The notes beneath the pieces were generated by a model. The model did not search any database. It was not told where the DNA came from and worked only from the letters and a program-made list of their open reading frames with translations. 64,000 nt of DNA, taken from the IMG/VR virus record IMGVR_UViG_3300037483_001116, positions 32,001-96,000 of that record; one strand, written 5' to 3'. The position numbers and the translations under genes were made by a program. Positions 17,660 to 26,615 of the stretch are shown piece after piece (the first letter of the stretch is position 1; each line of letters begins with the position of its first letter). This DNA is from a virus.

Positions 17660-18424
17660 TCAGGCATCTCGGCCGCCGGCACCCCAGTCGCGCACCAGCT
17701 GAGCAATCCGGTCGCCAGCCGCCTTCGTACCCACGAACGTGGGTTCAAAAAACCTTCGCCGCACGTCCAGCAGCCACGCCTCCACCGGCGCTGTGTCCGG
17801 CCGCCGCTCCGGCAACACCGACCGAGTCTGCGCGAACAGCTCCTCATATGTGACCAGTTCACTTTCAGCGTGCTGCGGATCCCTGGCCACAGCCTCACCG
17901 AACTCCCGGTACATGTCCGGATCCTGGAGGCGAATCGTCAACTCTCCCGTCCGATACAACCCAAAACCTTGATGCAGCAACCGGAGCAGATGCTGGGCAT
18001 GCTTCTCGGTCCTTTTCTTCAGGTCCGAGGAGAAGTTGCCATCACGCTTCACCAGCCGGTCGAACTGCTGCCGGGCATACCCCAGATATGCAGCCCGGAC
18101 CCGCGGTGCTGACAGAAACGAACCCCGAATGTTGATCAGCCGCTGGCCCAGCGGATGCAGCACCTCATACTCCGGCAGCCACAGCAGCTCCATCACCGTC
18201 GGATTCCCGCCCAACGCCAGGCTGCAGAACTTTCGCGCCTCATGAAAAGTGTAATCCGACGGTTCCCTCACCACCATCGACTCGTCCGGACCTTTCAAAC
18301 CATGCAGCGTCACAGTGGGCAGCGCATACATGCCCAGCCGATCAATGTCTGACTTCGGTGTCGCCAGGCCATAAGCCTGCGACCCCACGACGCCGGACAG
18401 CAAGACAGTACCCGGCACGTTCAT
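17660..18424 (-). CDS. nucleotidyltransferase (Pol-beta superfamily, RlaP/YcgL-like)
   Basis: GSQAYGLATPKSDID motif, NPTVMELLW. Confidence 0.85.
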   Translation of the reverse strand: MNVPGTVLLSGVVGSQAYGLATPKSDIDRLGMYALPTVTLHGLKGPDESMVVREPSDYTFHEARKFCSLALGGNPTVMELLWLPEYEVLHPLGQRLINIRGSFLSAPRVRAAYLGYARQQFDRLVKRDGNFSSDLKKRTEKHAQHLLRLLHQGFGLYRTGELTIRLQDPDMYREFGEAVARDPQHAESELVTYEELFAQTRSVLPERRPDTAPVEAWLLDVRRRFFEPTFVGTKAAGDRIAQLVRDWGAGGRDA

Positions 18425-18786
18425 GCCCACTCCTCTGGTCTTAACGGGCAATACCAGGTGTCTGGCGCCCCCCCGATCCTGCCGCTCGTACTGCAGTGGC
18501 CAGAACAGCCAGCACACGGCTGCGGTCGACCGTACCTCGGCACTGACTCACCCCCGATCCAATGCCATTCATCAGCCCCAGCGTGCCTGTCGCACGTCCA
18601 CGACTCCGGCGGAACGGCGCCAACGAAACCCTGGTGATACTGCACCATGGTCCCGGGTCGACCACATGGACAGCCCCGGCGGCGGACCTCGCGGTTGTGG
18701 GCCTGCCATCGAATCTCCGCCGCCCACACCTGATCCCAGCAGTTCACCAGGTCAGCCAGGCGCATTTTCCAACGAAACAACGTCAT
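18421..18786 (-). CDS. hypothetical Cys-rich protein
   Basis: ATGA overlaps at both ends. Confidence 0.55.
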   Translation of the reverse strand: MTLFRWKMRLADLVNCWDQVWAAEIRWQAHNREVRRRGCPCGRPGTMVQYHQGFVGAVPPESWTCDRHAGADEWHWIGGESVPRYGRPQPCAGCSGHCSTSGRIGGAPDTWYCPLRPEEWA

Positions 18787-19211
18787 GGGCTCGGAGCACA
18801 CCACCCAGCACTGTGAGGCGGTTCCTCGGTCACAAACTTGTCGCCGGCCTCAAACGCGGCAACCACATCCTCGACCGACTCATCCTCTTCGAAGAAATCC
18901 TCGTCGATGACAGCGTCAACCGCTACATCCTGCCGCCGCAACGCCTCAAGGTCTTCGTCGGTGTACGTCACCCACTCCACCTCAGGCGTGGCGTAGGCAG
19001 CAGCCTTCGCTCGCTCCAACAGCGCCGCGGCGTCGGCCGCTTCCAGCTGGATACTGACATACTCCACCACAGCCTCCAACGCCTCCAGAAGCACAACATC
19101 TTTGGCGCCTGGCCCAAGAGCCAAACGTCGAAGAATCTCTGCGTTTTCAGCCACAACTCGCTCCAGGACGTCTCGGAACTGTTCGTCTCGGGTCGCGGGT
19201 TCTTCGGTCAT
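18783..19211 (-). CDS. acidic hypothetical protein
   Basis: AGGAGG RBS, MTEEPATRDEQF. Confidence 0.6.
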   Translation of the reverse strand: MTEEPATRDEQFRDVLERVVAENAEILRRLALGPGAKDVVLLEALEAVVEYVSIQLEAADAAALLERAKAAAYATPEVEWVTYTDEDLEALRRQDVAVDAVIDEDFFEEDESVEDVVAAFEAGDKFVTEEPPHSAGWCAPSP

Positions 19212-19279
19212 GAACTGATGATGCCTCCTCCTGAAAGAAAGGGAGGCCCGGGGCCGAATATCCGACGACCCCGGGCCAA

Positions 19280-19650
19280 CTGAAATAGTCTTGAGAGGAC
19301 TATGCGCGTTCAAGCGCGTTCAGTGAACCGCCAATTTGTATCGCTACCAACATTTAAGGACACGTCTAAGTCCTGCGGAACTGACGCTCTGCCGCTAAGC
19401 TACGGGTTCATGTTTGGAGAACCCGCCAGGATTCGAACCTGGGCCTTCGGTTGTTTGTGATCGTGTCCATTCGATGCAGCGAATTGCGGCAATATTTGAG
19501 TTTGTGGCAAGAGATTGAAAGGCTGCGGGACCAGTTTTAGGGGCGCCCCACTCGGGCCCTCGTACTGATGTCTTACCTGGGGCTGGTTTGGCCCGAAGGC
19601 CACCCCAGGTGACTAAGTTTGAGTTTGTGCCAACCCACCCGAAGGTGGGT
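19280..19650 (-). ncRNA. structured RNA with circularly permuted tRNA-like domain
   Basis: T-arm plus CGGGTTC-T-CCA precedes GAACCCG-TAGCTTAGCGGCAGAGC D-arm; flanked by long stems and a terminator-like hairpin (19244-19277). Confidence 0.65.
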
Positions 19651-19661
19651 GTCTATGGGAC

Positions 19662-20399
19662 CTACCAGCCCAGAGCGGCGAAGATGGCGTCGCCGATCTT
19701 CACGTCCGGGGTGTCGGTCATGTTGGCCTGCTCGCGGGCGACCTTGACGGCGGCCTGCAACTTGGTGGCCTTCTCGACCAGCTCACGCCGACGGGCCTCC
19801 GGAATAGCGCCGGAGAACTGGATCGTGGTCCAGTCGCCGACGACGACGTCCTCGTAGTACACCTCAACCTGGGCCGGGTGCTTGTCCGTCGCGGCGGCCT
19901 TGACGTGGTTGCGCGGGACCTTCTTCGACCGAGTCTTGGCGCTCGGCGTGGTCTGGAAGGATTCGGAGTTGTCCGAATAGGTCCAGGTCTCGCTCGGGTC
20001 CAGGACCGGCAGCTTGCCGACGAAGGTGACGTAATCGACGAGCTTCTTCTCCAGGGTCAGCAGCGTGGTGACCGGCACTGCCGTTAGGACTACGGCGCCG
20101 TCAACCACCACGTCCGCGCGGGCGGCCTGGTTACCGGCGTCCATCGTGGCAGTCAGGTCCAGCATCCGTACCTGCGACGCGATGACGTTGTCGAGGATCT
20201 CCTCGACTCGCAGCTGCAACTTGACGCCCTCCGACGGCAGGGTCTCGCCGTCGTCGTCGCGTGGCTTATACGTCTTGGTGATGCCGGCCAGCAGTGCGGT
20301 CTTCTGGATGGCGTGGTAGGCCTGCGTCAGGGCCGACTCGCCGTTGGACTTGGCACCCTTCGTTAGGGCGATGACCTGGTTCAGCTTGAGGTTTGCCAT
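19662..20399 (-). CDS. conserved actinobacterial/phage coiled-coil protein
   Basis: MANLKLNQVIA...KKVPRNHVKAAATDKHPAQVEVY; strong codon bias; promoter 20444-20472. Confidence 0.8.
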   Translation of the reverse strand: MANLKLNQVIALTKGAKSNGESALTQAYHAIQKTALLAGITKTYKPRDDDGETLPSEGVKLQLRVEEILDNVIASQVRMLDLTATMDAGNQAARADVVVDGAVVLTAVPVTTLLTLEKKLVDYVTFVGKLPVLDPSETWTYSDNSESFQTTPSAKTRSKKVPRNHVKAAATDKHPAQVEVYYEDVVVGDWTTIQFSGAIPEARRRELVEKATKLQAAVKVAREQANMTDTPDVKIGDAIFAALGW

Positions 20400-20639
20400 G
20401 ACTGCACTCCTGGGGTGAGGTTGAGTTTCTGTGTGACCTGGTCAACGTACCCCTACATGGGGGTGTTGTCAATGGAGCTTCGTCGGCAGCCACGCTTCAG
20501 GGCCAGGACCTTCGCCAACTCGTGCAGAGTGCCGTCGGGATCGGCCGCTCTAATCAGGGTCACGTTCTCGCTCAGGCGGACCCGGACCTGCTCTACGGCG
20601 TCAAGTAGCGCAGAATGGAGCCAGGGAGCCGACTGCGGA

Positions 20640-20846
20640 TCAAAGTCGTCGTCCCTGTTCATCGTCATCATCAGGATCAACCAACCCCCGAAGGGCCCCT
20701 TCAAGAGGGATTTCCACAGTAACCGTCGTCAACTCGCTGAGCGGAATGCCCCAAGCCTCCATGCGATCCTCGAAGTCTGTGCACTCGGGATTGCCACAAC
20801 AGCATTCATGACTGCCGAGCCTATAGGGCTCATTGCTGGTTTCCAC
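20640..20846 (-). CDS. small hypothetical protein
   Basis: GTG 2 nt after tRNA discriminator. Confidence 0.45.
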   Translation of the reverse strand: METSNEPYRLGSHECCCGNPECTDFEDRMEAWGIPLSELTTVTVEIPLEGALRGLVDPDDDDEQGRRL

Positions 20847-20847
20847 G

Positions 20848-20917
20848 TAGCGGATCCGGGTTCCGCCCCCGGCGTAGCTTGAATATGAGTCAAGCCTGAG
20901 TACCTAGCTCCTCCGCC
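20848..20917 (-). tRNA. atypical tRNA-Met(CAU)
   Basis: loop CTCATAT, degenerate D/T loops. Confidence 0.6.
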
Positions 20918-20947
20918 AAAAGAGAATCCACAGTGGACAGCATTAAG

Positions 20948-21024
20948 AGCCGCAGGGGAGAGTCGAACTCCAATTTATGCGCTTTGCAGGCGCACGGCAG
21001 CCACCCGCTACCTAAACCCACGGC
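20948..21024 (-). tRNA. tRNA-Cys(GCA), atypical D-arm
   Basis: loop CTGCAAA. Confidence 0.7.
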
Positions 21025-21125
21025 CCGAGCCGGACGCAGAGATGCCTAGGATCTTTGTCCGGCTGCCGGCCCTCACGGAAACCGGAGTCGCGCGTTACCC
21101 CAGGAATTTCACCTGGCACAAGACG

Positions 21126-21197
21126 TGCCCCTGGGGAGGATCGAACTCCCGCCCCGGCCTCCGGAGGACCGTGCTCTATCCACTGAGCTACAGGGGC
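21126..21197 (-). tRNA. tRNA-Arg(CCG)
   Basis: loop CTCCGGA. Confidence 0.9.
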
Positions 21198-21203
21198 ATG
21201 GAC

Positions 21204-21719
21204 CTACTTCACCAGGTCCAAGACTATCGACTTCACTTCACCACACAGCCGACGCCGAGACATCCGGCCAGGATCCAGGACAATTCCCGTCCGCTGAGCC
21301 CGCACCGACCTACGCAGCAAATCCCGCAGACGCAGGTTGTACTGAATAATCCACTGGACGTCATCCGGCCGGTAATGCCCGATCCGGACCTCCAGCCGCT
21401 TCTTCACGTTGGCCACCGACACGTCAATCAGGACGAAGTGCACAGGCACATCCTCCGGAAACGACCCAGACTCGATCGCCTCATGCGGCTTGGTGATGCC
21501 GCAAATGACCGTCGACTTCCCCTCCCGGGCACGGACCGCAGCCTCATGCAGCAGCAGCTCCACCCGGAAAACCCGCCAAGGGCCAGTGCCGGCCGCCGGG
21601 ATTCCGTCCTCGTCAATGTCGTGGAACTCGACGTCGGCGAGGTCCGGATCCTTGCGTAGGGTCTCGAACACTGTGGTCTTGCCTGCGGTACTGACGCCCG
21701 TAATAAATATGATGGCCAC
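21204..21719 (-). CDS. P-loop kinase (AAA_33-like)
   Basis: IIFITGVSTAGKTT Walker A; GTG at 21719. Confidence 0.75.
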   Translation of the reverse strand: MAIIFITGVSTAGKTTVFETLRKDPDLADVEFHDIDEDGIPAAGTGPWRVFRVELLLHEAAVRAREGKSTVICGITKPHEAIESGSFPEDVPVHFVLIDVSVANVKKRLEVRIGHYRPDDVQWIIQYNLRLRDLLRRSVRAQRTGIVLDPGRMSRRRLCGEVKSIVLDLVK

Positions 21720-21720
21720 G

Positions 21721-21803
21721 TGCCAGCGGAGGGATTCGAACCCCCAAGTCCCGAAGAAGGCGGATTTACAATCCGCTGAGCCATCCAATTGCTCAACGCT
21801 GGC
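21721..21803 (-). tRNA. tRNA-Tyr(GUA)
   Basis: loop TTGTAAA, long variable arm. Confidence 0.9.
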
Positions 21804-21813
21804 ATGCCTTATA

Positions 21814-22341
21814 TCACTCTTGATCCTTACGCCAATTGGTCTGACGCAAAACTTCCCAGCCCTCTTCGTCGAAAGGCTTGTCCCAAGCCCCATCGAGGCA
21901 GCAGGTAAAAGCATCGTCCAGTTCTTCCTGCGAACTGAACCAGCCGTCGTCCTCCTCCGTCACCCTGAAGCCGCCGCCGGTCACCAGCCACATGCTCGGC
22001 AGTGCATCACTATCGATGTCGTCCCACACGCCGCCGGCTACCGCCAGAGCAGCATCGTAAGCTGCCTGCCAGGCCTCGTGGGAAACCCGCGGGTCCTGGG
22101 CCGGCAACAGTCCCGGCTCATACCAGGCCGGCGCCAAGCTCACATGAGCCCAGCCGTGCCGGTACCGGAAGTAAAACACCCGGCCATCAACGAGCACGCC
22201 CCAATGCTGCACGGGGCACGCCCCGCCACCATGAGAAGTGGCCACCCGCGGGTCGCTGAGACTTGGAGCCTCGCCCGGCTCCAAGCGATGCAGTTCCTCA
22301 ATATCCTTGGGGAACCATTTGGGGATCTCGGCCATCGTCAT
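21814..22341 (-). CDS. hypothetical protein
   Basis: GGAGG RBS; ACPVQHWG..DGRVFYFRYRHG motif. Confidence 0.7.
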   Translation of the reverse strand: MTMAEIPKWFPKDIEELHRLEPGEAPSLSDPRVATSHGGGACPVQHWGVLVDGRVFYFRYRHGWAHVSLAPAWYEPGLLPAQDPRVSHEAWQAAYDAALAVAGGVWDDIDSDALPSMWLVTGGGFRVTEEDDGWFSSQEELDDAFTCCLDGAWDKPFDEEGWEVLRQTNWRKDQE

Positions 22342-22608
22342 CCTCCACGAAAAGTGCTGGGAGCTAGAATCGATCCGGAGGGGGTTCCAATGGCCCAGAC
22401 CCCAGCAAGGTATCTACGAATAGATCCGCACGTCCAAGAGAATGGACCGATCAAACGATTCAGGCACGATGACGATCGGCCCTAGCCGATGGCTTTCATG
22501 CGTGGCCGCCGCATAGTGGCGCCAAAGCCCAACCTCCTGCTCCAGCTCGGTCACCCTCTGCCGCAGCTCGACCTTCGTCATAATCTCCTCCGTGGGCTTG
22601 AAGAATGT

Positions 22609-22736
22609 TGGCTGACGGCGGGAATCGAACCCGCATAGATGTCATCTCGCACGAGGCATCGTTACCGGGCTCAGGGATCCTGCGTGCGCAGTCAAACCCC
22701 TTCCTCCGGCTCCAGGCCGCCTGGGACCATCAGCCA
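22609..22736 (-). ncRNA. enlarged tRNA-like RNA
   Basis: GGCTGATG/CGTCAGCCA acceptor, canonical T-arm, ~85-nt non-canonical core. Confidence 0.5.
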
Positions 22737-22743
22737 ACAATCG

Positions 22744-22816
22744 GGTAACTGGAGGGGGACGATCCCTCTACCTCCCGGGCCACAACCGAGCGCTCTGCCG
22801 TTGAGCTACAGCTACC
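22744..22816 (-). tRNA. tRNA-His(GUG) with encoded G-1:C73
   Basis: loop TTGTGGC. Confidence 0.85.
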
Positions 22817-22947
22817 ATCACGACCTGCTATGGCCTGGAAAAGCCACTGCACCTCCGGTCGCCCGAGGTGCGGCTCCGCAGCCGGAAACACGGAATACAG
22901 GTCGGCCGATTACATATGACCCTTCTCCACCGCCAGCTGTCGCCATG

Positions 22948-23021
22948 TACCCGCAGAAGGACTTGAACCTCCGGCCACCGGTGTGTGGAACCGGCGCTCT
23001 ACCAAGCTGAGCTATACGGGC
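22948..23021 (-). tRNA. tRNA-Val(CAC)
   Basis: loop TCCACAC. Confidence 0.85.
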
Positions 23022-23029
23022 AAACCTTT

Positions 23030-23275
23030 TCAAAGCAGTTTGATCTGCTGAAAAACCATCCCCTCCGAGTTCTCGCGGCCCAGGTGAACCGTCTCCCCCT
23101 TGGCTTGACGCTCCATGAGGTAGTCGTAGAGCTGGATGGCCCTGTTCACGGAATCGGTCTTGCTGTCCCGCGTGAGGGCCGCGACATGGTCGAGGGCCTC
23201 GGCTGCCTTGGGGATCAGGTTGACGGTCAGTCTGGTCAGCTTGCTGTCGCCCTCGGGGCGCTCATCCGTTGTCAT
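23030..23275 (-). CDS. ribbon-helix-helix DNA-binding protein (probably leaderless)
   Basis: RLTVNL...ALD......SKTDSVNRAI; promoter TTGACG-18-TACACT ends 7 nt before ATG. Confidence 0.7.
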   Translation of the reverse strand: MTTDERPEGDSKLTRLTVNLIPKAAEALDHVAALTRDSKTDSVNRAIQLYDYLMERQAKGETVHLGRENSEGMVFQQIKLL

Positions 23276-23354
23276 GAGGCAAGTGTACATACGTCATGCG
23301 CCCGACGTCAAGTCAACGTGCACCGAGTGTGGATCGAACCCGAAATGCTGCAGA

Positions 23355-23431
23355 TGGTGGGGCGGACGGGACTCGAACCCGTGACCGGGCGATTATGAGT
23401 CGCAGGCTCTAACCAGCTGAGCTACCGCCCC
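23355..23431 (-). tRNA. tRNA-Ile2/Met(CAU), CCA encoded
   Basis: loop CTCATAA. Confidence 0.9.
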
Positions 23432-23461
23432 AAACTGAACCCGAGACATTGACGCGTATCG

Positions 23462-23536
23462 CTCCCGCGGGTGGACTCGAACCACCAACCGACGCCTTAA
23501 CAGGGCGTTGCTAACTACCAATTGAGCTACGCGGGA
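23462..23536 (-). tRNA. tRNA-Asn(GUU)
   Basis: loop CTGTTAA. Confidence 0.9.
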
Positions 23537-23975
23537 ATGCTCCCCGTTTCCAGCCCGGAGGGGCTTTGACAAGGTCGTGATATTCAGTCCTCCCTGCCAC
23601 GTACATGGCCTTGGCAAACTTGCAGTCTCTGCAGCGACACTTCGCCGTTAAGTAGCTATGCACTGTTCCGCATACCGGGTCTATACGATTGTGGCCACCT
23701 CCCGTTTCACCGTTTTCTTTGGTCTTTTTACGATGACACCAGCAACAGAGAAGATCGCATTTTTCTAATTCCGCCAGAATCTTGTCCCAAGGGCCGTCGA
23801 GTCCGTACCCAGAAAGAATGAAGTCCTTTGTTTCTGGGTCCCGGTGATCGAACTCCAGCTCCCGGTCTTTGCCGCACCTAACGCACCGGCCGCCCGCAAT
23901 CCGTAAGACTTCTTCTCGTCGCTTTGCTCGACGTGCGGCCATGTACTTGCGCATGTATTCGTTGCCGTTTGCCAC
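23511..23975 (-). CDS. HNH endonuclease
   Basis: CVRCG...LEFDHRDP...CDLLCCWCHRKKT. Confidence 0.85.
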   Translation of the reverse strand: MANGNEYMRKYMAARRAKRREEVLRIAGGRCVRCGKDRELEFDHRDPETKDFILSGYGLDGPWDKILAELEKCDLLCCWCHRKKTKENGETGGGHNRIDPVCGTVHSYLTAKCRCRDCKFAKAMYVAGRTEYHDLVKAPPGWKRGAFPRSSIGS

Positions 23976-24071
23976 CTGGGCACACTAACACAGCTAGCAG
24001 AAGGATTTAATGGGGGCAGCGGTAGGCGCCGCCACCCCCGATTCCAGCCGGCCTTCAAAGCAGCTGGAGCG

Positions 24072-24144
24072 TAGTCCCAACGGGATTCGAACCCGTGCCG
24101 CCGGTGTGAAAGACCAGAATCCTAGACCGCTAGACGATGGGACC
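24072..24144 (-). tRNA. tRNA-Glu(UUC)
   Basis: loop CTTTCAC. Confidence 0.9.
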
Positions 24145-24237
24145 TTACAGTCCAAGGCGTAGCCGCCGATGGGACCGCCTCACGGCGTCGATCGGGTTGT
24201 CGGCTACCTCCGACACATACGTTGATCCTTGGACTTG

Positions 24238-24311
24238 TACCCGCACTCAGATTTGAACTGAGAACCTTTCGCATGTCAAACGAATGCTCCGCCAGATTGA
24301 GCTATACGGGC
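24238..24311 (-). tRNA. tRNA-Val(GAC)
   Basis: loop TTGACAT. Confidence 0.9.
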
Positions 24312-24748
24312 TTGCCTTTGCTCCGCTTTGCTGCGCTGAATTCCCTGTTGTACTTGCGGGCGGCTTCTCGACAAAGCTCGCAGGGGCAATTACGCCTCCC
24401 CTTGACGCCCCCTCCGTGGGGAACGCTTCTCTCGTGAGAAGTCTTAACATCGTGATGCTCTTCGCAAAGGACCTGGCACTTGACCAATTCGGCGAAGAGT
24501 TTCTTGTCGCTGGCTAAAATTACCTTCGAGATGTTGATGCTTTTCTTGGAGCGATCGATGTGATCAATCTCCAGGTCTTCCAGGGCCCCACACTTTACGC
24601 AAGCGCCGCCAAGAAAGTCGATGGCCATTTGCCTGCGTCGCGCGTACCTTTCGGCAAGATAGTTGCGCATATAGGTGTTGTAGCAGAGCCGACATTTACT
24701 GGAGTTGGGCACAGCTTCATCGACTTTACAGACATGACATAACCTCAT
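24302..24748 (-). CDS. HNH endonuclease
   Basis: CVKCG..LEIDHID...CQVLCEEHH. Confidence 0.85.
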   Translation of the reverse strand: MRLCHVCKVDEAVPNSSKCRLCYNTYMRNYLAERYARRRQMAIDFLGGACVKCGALEDLEIDHIDRSKKSINISKVILASDKKLFAELVKCQVLCEEHHDVKTSHERSVPHGGGVKGRRNCPCELCREAARKYNREFSAAKRSKGKPV

Positions 24749-24774
24749 GAGGTTAAGGTTACACCGTGCTTACG

Positions 24775-24852
24775 TGGTGGCGGGGGGAGGATTTGAACCT
24801 CCGGCTTCCGACTTATGAGGACGGCGGGCTGTCCTAGCTGCCCTACCCCGCT
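24775..24852 (-). tRNA. tRNA-Met(CAU), initiator-like
   Basis: 1:72 mismatch, loop CTCATAA, CCA encoded. Confidence 0.8.
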
Positions 24853-24911
24853 ACGGGTTGCTGCTTGTGATGCTACAGCTAGCCTACCTCAAGCGGGAGA
24901 CTGGCCGCAAG

Positions 24912-24987
24912 TGCTCCGGGATGGATTCGAACCATCGATGCACATCGATTAAAAGTCGAGGCCAATTGACCGCTCTGGCACCGGAGC
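24912..24987 (-). tRNA. tRNA-Lys(UUU)
   Basis: loop CTTTTAA. Confidence 0.85.
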
Positions 24988-25003
24988 ATGTTCCATGGGT
25001 GCG

Positions 25004-25076
25004 TCCCCCCGGCACGATTCGAACGTGCAACCATCGGAGTAGAAATCCGGCGCTCTATCCGTTGAGCTACGAGGGG
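25004..25076 (-). tRNA. tRNA-Arg(UCU)
   Basis: loop TTTCTAC. Confidence 0.85.
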
Positions 25077-25083
25077 CGGTGGA

Positions 25084-25260
25084 TCATATCGCTGACTGGA
25101 AGCCGGCGACAATGCCGTTGGATTCATCGTCCTCGGCCATGACCCGTTTGAGGCTACTTGCCAGGACCGGATTGTCCACCGCGGTCAGCAGCTCGGCGAG
25201 GCTGTATTCGGATAAGTCGGCCAGGCCCTCGGTGTCGTCGCGTTCCTTGTTGCTTGCCAC
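25084..25260 (-). CDS. FxSxx-COOH (FxsA-like) RiPP precursor-like peptide, 58 aa
   Basis: MASNKERDDTEGLADLSEYSLAELLTAVDNPVLASSLKRVMAEDDESNGIVAGFQSAI*; AAAGGGGAG RBS; not in ORF track. Confidence 0.8.
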   Translation of the reverse strand: MASNKERDDTEGLADLSEYSLAELLTAVDNPVLASSLKRVMAEDDESNGIVAGFQSAI

Positions 25261-25405
25261 TGCAGCTCCCCTTTTTTTGATGCCGGTAATGCCCTTCAGG
25301 AACCCCTACCCCCGGCTCTCTGCTCGGACTTTCACCGAAGAGTACATCCCCTCTGACCTTGCGGCCGTGGGACTGTTCCGGGAGTGCGAGGGTTCCTGAA
25401 GGTCG

Positions 25406-25477
25406 TGTCCTGTATGGGAATCGAACCCATGACTCAAGGCTTTAGAGGCCTTCTCTCTGCCACTGAGCTAACAGGAC
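25406..25477 (-). tRNA. amber-suppressor tRNA (anticodon CUA)
   Basis: stem AAGGC/GCCTT, loop CTCTAAA. Confidence 0.85.
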
Positions 25478-25704
25478 TAGCTGCGGTCGACCACTGTGCC
25501 GTTGCCGACCTGCCGACCGCTACTCGGCTTCCCGTGGACTGTGATCGTTGCCGCGTCCCAGTCCCTCTGGTCGTATTGCTTGTGGGCTGTTACTTCTACT
25601 CGGGAGGTGGGCTCCATGTCCACGCACTGGTCGACGAGCCACCGCAAATCAGCCAAGGTAATGGGCTCAGATACGGTGATTTTATTGACGATTTCTCTGG
25701 CCAT
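25477..25704 (-). CDS. small hypothetical protein
   Basis: ATG 2 nt after tRNA-Lys; MAREIVNKITVSEP. Confidence 0.6.
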   Translation of the reverse strand: MAREIVNKITVSEPITLADLRWLVDQCVDMEPTSRVEVTAHKQYDQRDWDAATITVHGKPSSGRQVGNGTVVDRS

Positions 25705-25705
25705 G

Positions 25706-25778
25706 TGCTCCCGGTCCGATTTGAACGGACGTCCATGGATTAAGAATCCACCGCTCAACCAGACTGAGCTACGGGAGC
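25706..25778 (-). tRNA. tRNA-Lys(CUU)
   Basis: loop TTCTTAA. Confidence 0.9.
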
Positions 25779-25787
25779 ATGGTGATG

Positions 25788-25994
25788 TTATTCCACGAAA
25801 ACAATGTCGATATCCTTTGACGCTATGCCCTTCACGCCTAGGGTGGCGACGTTTGACAGGCGTTCCTGTATGTAGGCGTCCCTGGCCTCCTGCCAGGTGT
25901 CGTACCGGATCGGACTCCAGTGGGGGAACCTGAACCATATTGGTTCGGGAACGAAGTACCTTTTCGTTACGTAGTAGCCGGGCATTGTCGTCAC
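25788..25994 (-). CDS. small hypothetical protein
   Basis: AGGAGG RBS. Confidence 0.55.
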   Translation of the reverse strand: MTTMPGYYVTKRYFVPEPIWFRFPHWSPIRYDTWQEARDAYIQERLSNVATLGVKGIASKDIDIVFVE

Positions 25995-26017
25995 CTCCTA
26001 TTGATCTTTTTTCTACG

Positions 26018-26098
26018 CGGAGGGTGGAGGTATCGATCCCCCAGGTTTTACCCTGGCACGACTTTCAAAGCCGCTTTGCCGCCTCGGCGCCATCCTCC
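26018..26098 (-). tRNA. tRNA-Ser(UGA)
   Basis: loop TTTGAAA, long variable arm. Confidence 0.75.
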
Positions 26099-26377
26099 AT
26101 GTGTGTCGCCGCCCAGGCCACTTGATTCAAAGTCTTCGTCAGGTGCGACAGAGATTCGAATGCGGTGCCCCACGGATTTTCGCCTGGGTCCCCGTCTGGC
26201 AGCAAGGCCAGGATCACGTCCATGTCGATGTGGCCGTCCGCGGTACGGGGCGGCCAGCCGGCTAGTTCCGTTTCTAACTCTGGCTCGCAGGAGCCAGGTG
26301 TTTCCCAGGGCAATGCCTCGGGCCATCCTGGATGAGAACTAAGCATTGATCGATTTTACTCTGCTTAGACCCCTACG

Positions 26378-26466
26378 CGGTGACTAGCGGAATCGAACCG
26401 CTGCAACGTTTATAAGCGTTGTACATTCTTTCCAGGAATGCCCCTCGAACCAACCGGACAGTCACC
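26378..26466 (-). tRNA. tRNA-Ser(GGA)
   Basis: loop CTGGAAA, long variable arm. Confidence 0.85.
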
Positions 26467-26615
26467 TCATCTGTAATGCCATCCGAACCCCTCGGGGCAT
26501 TCGGCTGCGGTCTTACCTTGTGCTGCGGCTTTGGCCTGGGCGTCGGCTGGATTCCGGTAGCCCACCATTTGGCACTGGGGGCACCAGAAACGGGCCTTGT
26601 TCCGTTTCACCCTGG

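Noticed and set aside
19370-19460. Permuted two-piece tmRNA
   Set aside because: It has a true D-stem, no G3:U70 and U73, and no tag ORF was seen.
21814-22581. Amber read-through fusion of a 55-codon ORF (ATG 22581, TAG 22416-22414) into 21814-22341
   Set aside because: The in-frame arrangement has a 1-in-3 chance and the downstream gene has its own GGAGG RBS, so the evidence is too weak.
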